From Rhynchobatus australiae (lineage: Eukaryota), in the NCBI GenBank assembly GCA_034780895.1, contig JAUZTB010000076.1, positions 76,310,293-76,374,292 on the forward strand: a stretch of DNA of 64,000 nt, given 5' to 3'. Under the pieces are notes generated by a model. The model searched no databases. It was given only the letters and a program-made list of their open reading frames with translations, and was not told the origin of the DNA. Position numbers and translations under genes: made by a program. Every line of letters begins with the position of its first letter. Position 1 is the first letter of the stretch. Positions 37,790 to 50,060 of the stretch are shown here, in pieces.

Positions 37790-39729
37790 TCCAGTGTGTC
37801 CAGGTATTCATAGTGTTAATACAGCCAGTCCCAGTGTGCTATCTAATGCAATGGTTATTAATAGATTGAATGTGTTCGTGCATCTGTCACACTGTTGTCA
37901 CTTGTTTGAGGCTTGTTCAGGTTGATTCAGGGGTAAGTATTGGAGGGGAATACAGGGGAATCTATTGGTGTTCTTTGAAGTTGTGCTATGGAAACTTTTG
38001 CGTTCACCTGAGAGAGCACACTTGGTTTGTAGCTAACATAGGCTTCTCTGACAGTGGAGATAAAGTAATGGGCATTGAGTGCATTTCTGATATCCAGTGG
38101 CTTGTTACAAATGTTCAGTGTAAGTGCACTTGGATATCTCTCACTATTCCTCCTGATCAACTGTGTTTGAGGATCTCTGTGTTACAGATGGTTTGAGAAT
38201 TTCCCGGTATCTCTCACGCTTTCACTAGCAGTCATAAAATCGTAAGAATTTACAACATTGAAAGAGGCCACTCTGCCCCTCCTATCCATGCTGAACAAAA
38301 GCGGACTGAATTAATACCCATTTTTCTGTCATGGCAATTATGACTTTTGAAGTGGTCATCAAGGTGCTTTTTTAATGTGTTCAGTGATGTGCATCTATCA
38401 CCCTTTCAGGCAAAGAGCTTTTGTCAGATGGTCAGTTTGACTGTCACTTTGAGACTTCCTTGTATCTCTTGCGTGGTCACTAATGGCCAGTTTGGATGAG
38501 TTCTAGTATCTGGTGGTCACTTTGTGATCGATTTTGTCTCTGTTGCAGTTTGGGAGCATCAGTATTTTGATACTGTTACCATTTTGGTTCAGGTATTTTA
38601 TCAGTTCATGTATGTTCAGATATTTGACACACTGTTACCTGTGGTCAGTTCACACGTTTAAGTATTTCTCACTGTTACCAGTGGTCAGTTCATGTGCATT
38701 CAGGTGTTTGTCTTTTTGCATGTATTCAGCTATTTGACAATCTTAGCTGCAGTTGATTCTTGCATGTTTGATCAGTAACTAACAATAAGTTTGGGAGTGT
38801 TCAACCATAGTTGGTGCATTACCAAGCATCTGTTACATTCTCAGTAGTGGTTAGTCTGTGGACGTTTAGGTCTCCGACAGCCTGTTCAGAATGGACAGTG
38901 GAAGAGTGTTCACGTGTCTGTACACTCTTACTAATGATCAATTTCTCTGTGTACTACCTGCTGGGAAAGAGTTGCCAACAGGTTATTTCAAGTGTGTTCA
39001 TGTCCCACTCTCACTGTCACCAGCAGTGTTTGGTTATCTGATGTACTCTTATAAACAGTCTGCTTGACCATATTTGATGCTCGTTCCAACAGTTAGTAGG
39101 AGCATGTTGAGATGTTTGATGCCTATCTCAACCATCATTTCAGAGATGTGCTGGTATCTGATGCACTGCAACTGATGCTCAGTTTGGGCATGTTTCAATA
39201 CCTGACATATCTTTATTGGCCAGTTTATGAATGTTTGGTATCTGCTGCGTAGTTGATTTTGAACTTTACAGCTAATGAATGTTTAAGTATCTAGAGAAGT
39301 GTAATTAGCAGTCACTTAGAGCAGGTCCCACTTCTGATGCACTGTTACCAGTGGTTAGTTAGTGCCAATTTGGGTCTTTATCAAATTTTCAGAAGCAATC
39401 ATTTATGTTGCTTTCTATTTCTGTTTTCTCAACAGAAGGTAGTAATCATCATTTTAAATCTTTTCAGCTCTGATCCACTTCCACTCATGATCAGGTCAGA
39501 AATGCTCAGAACGTTGGTGAGGTGTTGACAGCATTTAGGAGATCATTTAGGCATTTGATGGACTGCTTTTAACATTTTGCAGGTGCTTACATAACTGATG
39601 CACTATTTCTAGTGATAAGCTAGGACATTACTGTTGTTGAGCTCATGTATATTTGAGCATAATGCACCTGAATATATTTGGCATATTCACATCTGGAGAC
39701 TGTGTGTCAAATACCTCAGCACCTGACTG
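37790..39729. repeat. Degenerate ~43-bp minisatellite (family B)
   Basis: Variants of TTCAGGTATCTGATGCACTGTTACCAGTGGTCAGTTT..GCATG, with small insertions of other repeats. Confidence 0.7.
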
Positions 39730-40124
39730 TGTCACAATGTTGAGCAAACTCAGAGAACCCAAATGTGGCACACCGATACAAGACTGGAGTCAGATACTTC
39801 CTCAGGACAAACACAGGCAGCAACTGGAAGGAATCTTGCCTCAGATCTAAAGAGGAATCCCAACACGAACTGGATCTTCACAAAGGAATAGAGAACACAG
39901 GACTGCTCTAGAGCAAACCACTCTAAGTAACTAGGAGGCAAAGTACACCCAAAGGTAGACCAATATTCTGGTAACTAGTGCCAGATAAACTCAGGTACTT
40001 ATGCTAGGCCCCTGATGGGGCTCAGGTGAGTGTCGTTATACAATCAGTTCAGCATGGAATCCATGTGCTGGACAACAAGGCATTAAAGGAGCGAAATTGA
40101 GGGCCAGAACTCAGAACCATGACA
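39730..40124 (-). mobile_element. Probable solo LTR (Gypsy-like), ~395 bp
   Basis: TGTCA...TGACA inverted termini bound a compositionally distinct block. The minus strand reads TGTCATGGTTCTG...CATTTGGGTTCTC...TTGTGACA, like fish Gypsy LTRs. No matching TSD. Confidence 0.6.
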
Positions 40125-43100
40125 CAAATTGGAAGTTTTGGGACACAAATGCAATGAACTCTTCAGGATTAAGTATTACAATCAAATAACTATAACCAAG
40201 CTACTCAGCACTATGAAATTCGTAAAATAAAATGGTTCTCAAAATGTTACAAGGCAGGTTAAGGGTCAAAATTGGAAATGAATGAATTGATGGATTCTTC
40301 ATTCAAAATGCTGTTTTAGCCAGATTAGAAGTTTTGGGATGTATTTTGAATCAACTTTTCTGGCTTAAGCTAGACAATCAAATAAATGTCACCATATTAC
40401 TCAGTACCTTGAAATACGTAAAATAAATTGCTTTTCATAAAGTTACGACATAGGTTAAGTGTAGAAATCGGCAAATGGATGAATCGATGCATTCTTCTTT
40501 CAAACCTCTGTCTCAGCCAATTTGGAGGATTTCTGATATTTTTGCAATTAACTGTTCTGGCTGAATTTGTACTGTCAAATAAATGTTACCAAGCTGCTTA
40601 GCAACACGAAATAAAACAGATAAAGTGTTTTTCAACAATTTAGTGCGATGGTTATTTGCAGAGATTGGCAAATGAATGAATTGATGCATTCTTCATTCAA
40701 AACGGCGTTTTAGCCAATTTGGAGGTTTTGTGATAATTTTGCAATTAACTGTTCAGACTGAACTTGTACTTTCAAACAATTATCAAATGACTCAGCAACA
40801 CGAAATAAAACACAACGTGGATTTCAACAATTTAGTGCTATGGTTATTTGCAGAAAGTGGTAAATGAATGAATTGATGCATTCTCCTTCCAAAATGCTGT
40901 TTTAGTGAAACTGGAAGTGTTGGGAAACTTTTCTAATAAACTATGCAAAGTTAAGTTGTAAAATCAAATAAATGTTACCAAACTACTCAGCATCATGAAA
41001 TACTTAAAGTAAATAGGTTTTCAACAAGTAACTACATTGGTGGAAGTTATAAGGTGGCAAATGCATGAATTCAATCAATCTCCACTCAAAAGGCTGTTGT
41101 TCCAAAATTTGACGTTTTGAGATATATTTGAAATTAACTTCTCAGGGTTAAGTTGAACAATCAAATAAATGATACCAACCTACTGTTCACTGTAAAATAC
41201 GTTAAATAACTTAGCATTCTACAAGGTTCCGCTTAGTTCCAGTGTAGAAACTGGCAAATAAAGGAACTTGTGCATTTTCCTTTTAAAAAGCTGTATTAAC
41301 CAAACTGGAAATTTTGTGACTCAACTGCAATTAGCTTTTCAGGAGCAAATTGTACCATCAAGTAAATGACACCAAGCTAGTCAGTACCATCGAATACGTA
41401 GAATGACTTGGTTTTCCACACGTTTCTACACAGGTTAAGTGCAGAAAGTGGCAAATGAATGAACTGATGCAATCTTGTTTCAAAACTGTTTCAGGCAATT
41501 TGGAGGTTTAGTTATATATTTGCCATTAACTTTTCAGAGTGAAGTTGCGCAATCAAATAAATGTTACCAACCTATTCAGCACCAGGATATACTGAGGATA
41601 AAGTGATTTAAACCAAGTCACTGCTGAGGTAAGTGCAGAAAGTGGCAAATGAATGAATTGATGCATCATTCAATACGCTGTTTCAACCAAATTGGAAGAT
41701 TTGGGACACAACTGCAATTACCTCTTCAGGATTAAGTTCTGCAATCAAATAATTGTAACCAAGCTACTCAGCACCATGAAATACATAAAATAAATTGGTT
41801 TTCAAATAGGTACTACGCAGGTTAAGAGTCGAAATTGGAAATGAATTGATGGATTCTGAATTCAAAACTCTGTCTTACACAGTCTGGAGGTTTTCTGATA
41901 GATTTGTAATTTAATTTTCACAGTGAAGTTGTACAGTTGAATATATGTTACCAGACTACTCAGCACCATTAAATACGCAAAATAACTTGTTTTTCAAAAA
42001 CTTCCTACGTGGCGTAAGTGTGGAATTTGGAAGTTAATGAATTGATGCATTCTCATTTCAAAATGCTGTTTCAGGCAAATTGGAAATTTTGGGCACAACT
42101 GCAATTAACTTCTCTGGATTAAGTTCTAGAATCAAATAATTGTTAACAAAATGCTCATCACCATGAAATACGTAAAATAAATTGCTGTTCAAAAAGTTCC
42201 TAAGCAGGTTAAGGGTCGAAATTGGAAATGAATGAAGTGATGGATTCTCCATTCAAAACTCTGTTTTAGCCAGTCTGGAGGATTTGTGATATATTTGCAA
42301 TTTAATTTTCAGAGTGAAGTTGTACAAATGTATGTTACCAGACTTCTCAGCACCATGACATCGATAGAATAAAATAGTTTCCAACAAGTGACTACATCGG
42401 TTAAGTGCAGAAAGTGGCAAATGAATAAATTGATGCTTTCTTCATTCTAAACGCTGTTTTGGACAAATTGGAAGTTTTGGGATACATTTGCAATTAATTT
42501 TTCTAGCTTTCTGGAGAATAGAATAAATGTTACTCAGAACCAGGAAATATTAAAATAAATTGATTTTCATAAAGTTACGACATAGGTTAATTGTGGAAAT
42601 TGGCGAATGAATGAATTGGTGCATTCGCATTTCAAACTCTGTTTTAGTCAATTTGGAGGTATTGTTATATATTTGCAATTAACTTTTCAGGCTGAACTTG
42701 TACTATCAAATCAATATTACCAAACTACGCAGTAATATGGAATGCAACGCATTAAGTAGTTTTCAACAAATTAGTTCTTAGGGTATTTGCAGCAAGTAGC
42801 AAATGAATAAATTGATGCATTCCCCTTTCAAAACGCCGTTTTTGACAAATGGGAAATGTTGGCACACAGCTGCAATTAACTATTCAGGACTTAGTTCCAG
42901 CATCAAATCATTGTTACAAAACTACTCAGCACCATGAAATACGTAAAATAACTTGGTTTCCAAAAAAGTTCTTACGTGGGGTAAGCGTGGAAATTGGAAA
43001 TGAATGAATTGATGCATTCTCCTTTCAAGACGCTGTTTCAGGCAAATTGGAAGTTTTGGACAAAACTGCAATTAACTCTTCAGCATTAAGTTCTAGATGC

Positions 43101-43927
43101 CAAACTCCTCAGTATGGATGAAGTAGATAGCATAAAATGTTTTCCAGCGTGTTAAGTGCAGTAAGTGGTAACTGAATGAATTGATGCATTCTCTATTCAA
43201 AACACTGTTTTAGCCAAATTGGAAGTTTTGGGATACATTTGCAATCAAGTTTTCTATCTTAAGCTAGAGAATCAAATAATTGTTACCAACTTACTCAGCA
43301 CCAGGAAATACGTAAAACAAATTGCTTTTCATAATGTTACCAGATAGGTTATCTTTAGAAATTGACAAATGAATGAATTGATGCATTCCCCCTTCAAAAC
43401 GCTGTTTCAGGCAAGTTGGAAGTTTTGGTAGACAACTGCAATTAACTCTTCCGAATTAAGTTCTAGAATCAAATAATTGTTACCAAACCACTCAGCACCA
43501 TGATATACGTAAAATAAATTGGTTTTCAAAAAGTTCCTAAGCAGGATAACGGTCGAAATTTGAAATGAAAGAATTGATGGATTCTCCATTCAAAACTCTG
43601 TTTTAGCCATTCTGGAAGTTTTGTGATAAAATTTTCAATTTAACTTTCATAGTGAAGTTTGCATATTTAGTTTGCAACTAACTTTTCAGGCTGAACTTGT
43701 ACTATCAAATCAATATTTCCAAACTACTCCATAAAATGGAATACAACGCATAAAGTAGTTTTCAATAATTTAGTGCTCAGCTTATTTGCAGAAAGTGGCA
43801 AATGAATGAATTGATGTATTCTCCATTCAAATGCTGTTTTAGCTCAATTGGAAGCTTTGGGATACATTAGCAAATAACTTTTCTAGCTTAAGCTCGAGAA
43901 TCAAATAAATGTTACCAAATTTCTCAG
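40125..43927. repeat. Tandem satellite array, ~196-bp unit, ~19-20 diverged copies, ends in an assembly gap
   Basis: Recurring CAAATTGGAAGTTTTGG...TACTCAGCACCATGAAATACGTAAAATAA...GGCAAATGAATGAATTGATGCATTCT...TTCAAAA. Unit starts at ~40125, 40321, 40518, 40715, 40907, 41104, 41301, 41496, 41688 and onward. Confidence 0.95.
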
Positions 43928-44164
43928 NNNNNNNNNNNNNNNNNNNNNNNNNNNNNNNNNNNNNNNNNNNNNNNNNNNNNNNNNNNNNNNNNNNNNNNNN
44001 NNNNNNNNNNNNNNNNNNNNNNNNNNNCAAGACCCTTCATCTGGACTGAATGAAGATGAACATCCAGATCGAGCGTCTCGACCTGAAACATCGACTGTCC
44101 ATTTCCCCTCACGGATGTTGCCTGACCTGCTGAGTTCCTCCAGCAGCGCCTTTTTTTGCTCTCA

Positions 44165-44510
44165 CTTAAGGCATGTTTGGATATTCAGTGCGCTGTTACA
44201 AATGTTTAGTTAGTGCATGTTCAGGTATCTGATAGGTTGTTAATTATGGTCAATGTAAATGTATTTAGCAATCTCATGGAAGTTTGATTTTGGACTGTCT
44301 ATCATGATTAGTTTGGACAAGTACCCACTGTATCTGTTAGCACTGATCAGTCTGAATGTGAAGCATTCTGAGAGTCTCACAGATTTTGTTAGGAGTTAAG
44401 TATTGGGCACAGCGATACAAATGGTCACCTTGAGCATGTCCAGGTATCTGATGCAGTGTTACCAGTCATCAGTTAGGGAACATCAGGTTTCTGATGGAGT
44501 CTCACTAGCA
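44165..44510. repeat. Continuation of the ~43-bp minisatellite (family B)
   Basis: Contains CAGGTATCTGATGCAGTGTTACCAGTCATCAGTT and related units. Confidence 0.65.
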
Positions 44511-44529
44511 TGGGGACTCTGCTCTGCCC

Positions 44530-46620
44530 CATGTGCCTTAGTACCATTGGTTAACAAAAATCCATGAATTGAAGTTTAAAAACAAACATCAAACATCACA
44601 GAAGAGTATTTCAATCCTTTACCTTCCTCTTTATGGTTATAACCACTCCTGGAAGGGCTGGTTCCAGTATTTAGGCTTGGGCCCAGAGCTGGGTTCCACA
44701 ACCAGCAGGAATTGTTTCTCTCTATTTATTCTTATCAGTTCCCCTTAATATCAGAAAGTAGTTACAACAAGGAAGGCTGCTATTTGGCCTTTTGGGTACA
44801 TACAAGCAATTGTTTTTAAAAGCTTATCTAGCTGATCTATATCTCCAACCCTCTCTGTAGTCCTTTCTTTCCATGTATTGAGCCTGTTTTCTTTTGAATT
44901 CCACGATGGAATCTGTCTACCTGCCCCTGGGATTGCATTTCAGATTCTAACCAGTCACCACGTAGAAATGTTTATCGCCGTTTCAGGTTTGGTTCTTTTG
45001 CCATTTACCATCACACTATGTCCCCTAGTTATTGAACCCTTCAAAGAGAATCTTCACCTTTCATCATTTAAATAACCTTGTCAGATGTCCTCCGAACCTC
45101 CCCCGTTCTGAGCACCTCAACCTCAAACTATTCTATACTTTCCACATAACTAAAGTCCCTCATCCCTGGAATCATTTCTTAAATTTTTTTCTGTACACTC
45201 TCTGAAGCCTTTGCATCTTTCCTAAAGTGCAGCATCCAGAATTGGATACAACACTTGAGTTGTGGGTGAACCATGGATGTTCACTATGACTCCTTGCTCT
45301 TATACTCTATGCTTCTATTTAAAAAGCCCAGGATTCTTCACGTTTTATTTTCTACCTGTCCTGTCACTTTCAGTGAACTATGCAGATATCGCCCCCGATC
45401 TCTCTATTCTTGAACCCCTTTAAAAATTCTGCTACACAGTTTATTTTACTTCTTCTAATTCTTCCNNNNNNNNNNNNNNNNNNNNNNNNNNNNNNNNNNN
45501 NNNNNNNNNNNNNNNNNNNNNNNNNNNNNNNNNNNNNNNNNNNNNNNNNNNNNNNNNNNNNNNNNTCTAATTCTTCCTATCAAAATATAACTCTTCGCAT
45601 TTCTCCATTTTAAGTTTCATCTGCCAACCATCCATTCATCCCACCAGCCTGTGTACCTCTCCTTGAAGTTCATTACCATCCTCCTCGTACCAACCCCTGG
45701 GGAACTTCCCTCCAGCCATTCACTACCCCTCCTTTTCCTGGTATTTGCCAATTTTCTATCTATTGGTCCCTTTTATTCCGTTTTCTTTGACAAGCCTATT
45801 ATGTAGCATCTTATCTTACCACCCAACTTCATTTCCTTCGTCCACCCTCTCTGTTACTCCATCAAATTAATGCTTCAAAAAGCAGTATCATATCACCTCT
45901 TAACCTTCTAAATTTCAGGAAAGGTAGCCACTGTTTTTGTAATCACTCCCCATAACTTAATCCCGGGAGTGCAAGAATCTGGTAGTCTTTTGTTGTACTT
46001 TCTCTAAAGGCCTGTTGATTCTTCTTAAGGGGTGAACAGAGCTGGCCACAGTGCTGCAGGTGTGATCTAACCAGGCTGCATTATAACTCCCTTCCTCCAC
46101 CCTTATCCCTGCCTGCCTTCCTCCAAATATGAAGGTCAATATTCCCTTGGTTCTTATGGACATTGATGTTTTAATGATTTTGCTAGTCTCCTAGTATAAT
46201 TAGCCCTAGTCTCTTGAAAACTCCATTTCTAACTTTTCACAATTAATGGAGTATTTTAATTAAGGTGCAGTGGGTGTCCTAACACTCACCCAAATTGAAA
46301 TGCATATGCTGTGAGTTGAGCATTATCTCGGACAAGGAGAACCCCTTGCCATTCTAATGACATCGATCTTTGTCATTGGTGTTCTAACGTATGTGGCTTT
46401 TCATCCATTGTCTAAGTCATTTATAAATTCAGTGACTTATTCTAACCCTCAAATTCTTGAAGGAACACCAGTGGTCACATCCTGTCAGTTTGTGTTTCCT
46501 GCTTCTTAGCTAATTTCCTAACCAAGTCAATAATTTTCCTTCAGCTCCATGAACTTTTAACCTTGGCAATGAGGGGTTTTATAATATTCCTTCTGGAAGT
46601 CCTCAAGCATAGTCTTCCTC
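44530..46620 (-). mobile_element. Several old CR1 fragments
   Basis: Decayed RT/C-terminal motifs (LEKVQQKTTR) and CR1-like 3' ends. Confidence 0.65.
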
Positions 46621-46769
46621 TAGGAAACCACCTCCTGGCTGATGGCTGAGCCTCAGCAGAGGAAAAGAACCTGCTGAACAACACTAATGTGTGAGCACCA
46701 GAAACTCTATGGCAGCTCTGGCTTAGCAACTTCATAACTCACAGAAAAGGGTCTTCACCCCAAGATTTA

Positions 46770-47085
46770 CCCAGGCTGAAGTTAATCACACTCATTCTCC
46801 ACAGGCTTCAGAAAAATTGTTCCTGATGAATCCAGTAGAAAAGAAGCGTGTTGTCTAAAGGAAGATAAAAAATCTCTAATGAGGCAGCATTGTAACATGG
46901 AAAAGTACAGGTCTAGAGCTTCACATTTAATCTGGGTGCAAATTAATTCGAATAACTGGAAAGAGATCGGGCATAAGCACGTTATGCACATTAGTACATG
47001 TCTCTCAACTTTTATATCCACTGCTAAATCCTCCATCTGAAGCACAAAACTAGCCATATCTTAAAAACAAAACTGATCTGCAAAT
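46770..47085. repeat. Copy B of an unclassified ~310-bp inverted duplicate
   Basis: See copy A. ORF-track peptides 32454-32729(+) and 46782-47057(-) are visibly homologous. Confidence 0.9.
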
Positions 47086-47139
47086 ATCAATCATAGAGCC
47101 TTGCCGCACTGAAACAGGCCCTTCACCCCACCACATCCA

Positions 47140-47575
47140 CTGCAGTACAGGAGTAAAGATGTCTTACTGTAATTACATTGAGCCATGGTGAGACCACATT
47201 TGGAATATTTTGAATAGCTGTGGGCTTCCTATTTTAGGAAGGATACACTTGTGATAAAAGGTGGTGCGACAAGATTCCCTGGATTGACTCTTGTCTGAGC
47301 AGAGATTAAGCAGTTTTGGCCTATGCTGCCTTGAGCTTGGCAGAATGAGAGGTGATCTAAAAGAAGCATGCCAAATTCTTACTGGACTTGACAGGTTAGG
47401 GGTCAGCAATAATATTCCCCCTTTAGAAGTCTTCCCTCCCACTCCCGCAAGGGGTTGTGGAGACTCAGGAAATGAACATGCTTTAAGCCAGAGAGTTTTA
47501 GTTATTGAGGGTATCGGGGATATAAGACTAGTGCATGAAAGTGGTGCTGAGTGAAGCGAGCCCAAGAGACTGAAT
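47140..47575 (+). mobile_element. CR1 fragment
   Basis: TGGTGAGACCACATTTGGAATA; RMRGDLKE..QILTGLDR. Confidence 0.8.
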
Positions 47576-48492
47576 GGCTTACTTGGGCTATTTTTAAAGT
47601 TTTTATGGACTCCATGAACAGTCCAATGGCTGTACACATTTGTTCCTTCAGCACAGGTGAGCAGAAGCTCAGGACTCTATTCTTTGCTTTGGAGTCCTGA
47701 ACTTCACATAGTGAAGTGAGTAAAAGATGGTAGTTCCAAGCAGAGCTGCTGTCTCTTGGAAAATTGGGGCCGTGACAGCTGCCCTTCAGTTTGGGGTTCA
47801 CCCCCAATGGCCGTGCCTCACTATAGGAGGGCCCAGCGTGCAGGTTGCTCTTAATGAAAGGATGCTGCTAGGTATAGTCTTCCGTGCAGAAGAGGATGGC
47901 CCGATGCGTGAGTCGCTCTTCACTACAAAATGGCCTGAAACTTGTAGGTTGACCCACAGCACAGGAAAGGCACGTACAAAGATTGACACTGAATATCAAA
48001 AGAAGAATATAGAGGCTGTCGTGCAATACAGGAAGATCCAACATACAGGCCGCTGCTGAACGTAGGAAAGCCAGGTATGCAGATTGAATCTCAATATTGG
48101 AAGGTCTAGTATAAAAAGGCCTAACGTACATTTTTTCTTCTCAGAATGGGAGAGCCCAGCCTATTATCTGTCCTGCTGCAAGGGAACATCAAGGATGAAC
48201 GCTGACCTTCTTCTAGGCAGCTCCTCTACACAGGATGTCCCATCGTGTAAATTGTCTCTGAGTGTAAAAAGGCAAAGTATATAGGATAGCTGTTGATGAT
48301 AAAAAGTTGATGAGTCTTTAATTTTTTTTATGCTTTAAGATTTGAATAGCAGGATTCAACCAAGGCTGAAAACTTTTCCAAGTAATTAGTGTTATTGAAA
48401 CTAAGGTCAAGCAGTATTACAAATAAAGATCCTTTCACACTTATCTAGACGTACAAATCAAAAACAAGAACACTATATTTATTCTAGTATCT

Positions 48493-48842
48493 ACTAGTGC
48501 AGCTCGTAGAGTCGTTGCCTCTCAGCACCAGAGAGCCAGGTTCAGTTCTGATCTTGGCTGCTGTCTGTGTAGAGTCTGCATGTTCTCTCTATGACCGTGC
48601 ATGTGTCCTTCAGTGTTCTGGTTTCCATCCACATCTGAAAGATATGCAGGTCGGTCATTTAGTTGGCCACTGTAAATTGCCCCCAGCATGTAGGTGAGTG
48701 CTAGAACCTGGGAAGAATTGATGAGGATGTGGGGAGAATGAAAGAAAGGGAATAATGTTGGATTAGTGTAAATGGGTGGTGATGGTCAGTGCAGATTCAG
48801 TGGGCAAAAGTGTTTGTGCTGTATCCCTCTATGACTCTGTGA
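48493..48842 (+). mobile_element. HE1-like V-SINE
   Basis: Same layout as 24520-24860. Confidence 0.85.
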
Positions 48843-49629
48843 TTGGTTCATTCTTAATTACTATCTTTATTGGACTGCTTTTATTGTGTTCCTCATGATC
48901 TGTATAAAATTGTTCATTTTAATATTGTCCTATTGATGTAAAACAGCATGCTAATGTTTATGACGGTTTCTTGTTTTCCAAGGTCCAGCTAGACAGTTGT
49001 GCTATCTTCAACTCCCTCTAATCTTCCCTATGGTACATTAAGTCCCTTGGACAATTCTTTGACTTTTGTGCAATCTGAAGCAATAATAATATAAATGAAT
49101 TTTGCCTTTTAGGTTTCAGTCATGTTTAAGAGTTTTGCTGGCCTTTTTAATACTTATGACCAAATTCAATTTAAGTATCCATTGGTTTTAACCCATTCTT
49201 TTCCTTAAACTGGTTTTTAAAAAAACCTTTGGTATCCCCCTTAAATGACTAAGGGATTAGATAGCTCGCTTTATATTTGATCAGTTTTGAATCTGAAATG
49301 CACTCATCACAGCTTAAGGGTTGTAATTACAAGAAGTTTAAGTCACTGTGCCATTTACACAAAAGCTCTTGTGAATTTAAATGAAAAGATAGTGTTACCA
49401 GCATAACAAACTCTATAATGCTAAAGGGCATGGACATGATTCTTGAGCAAACCAGTAAATTTCCTGTGGTTACTTGTGACAAAGGCTTGTTTGCCAGCCA
49501 GAAACAAGCCTGTTCAATTCAGGCTTGAGTGCCGTTAAACAATGGGCTTTAATCTGCATTGACTAATAATGGTATTCATCTTGTACAACTGGCCTGTGGT
49601 AATACATCAGGATGGTCAAGTAGAAAGAA

Positions 49630-50060
49630 AGTAGAATTTGCATTATTTTAGTACCAATCACATCACGTTCAAGTTGTCCAGAAGCTTTTAAAGTCCGTGA
49701 AGTAATTTGGAAGTCTACTCACAGTTATAATGTTGGAAAAGCAGCTGCTAATTTCTGCACACCAAGCTGCCAGAGACAGCAATCTGATAATCACCAGATA
49801 ATCGTTTTATTGTAATCTTGGTTGAAGAATAAATATTAGAGCATCAGGGTTAACTCTCCTGCTCTCCTTTGCAATAGTACCTTGGGATCTTTTATGCTCA
49901 TCTAAGAGAACAAAGATGTCTTGGCTTATCTAAAAGGTGGAACCTATACCTTTTGAGCTCTTTGAACGTTAATCAATATTTTTGTTCTCGATCCTCCTGA
50001 GTGGGGCTTCAATTTATAATTTCTTGATTTGAAAATGAGAGACCTATCAATTTGCTACAG
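49630..50060 (-). mobile_element. Deu-domain SINE (SacSINE1/AmnSINE1-like)
   Basis: GGTTGAAGAATAAATATT...AACTCTCCTGCTCTCCTTTGCAATAGTACCTTGGGATCTTTTA resembles the reverse-complement Deu domain. Confidence 0.65.

Noticed and set aside
47727-48059. 110-aa ORF
   Set aside because: No recognisable homology or clear splice context; possibly an L1/Tx1 C-terminal remnant.
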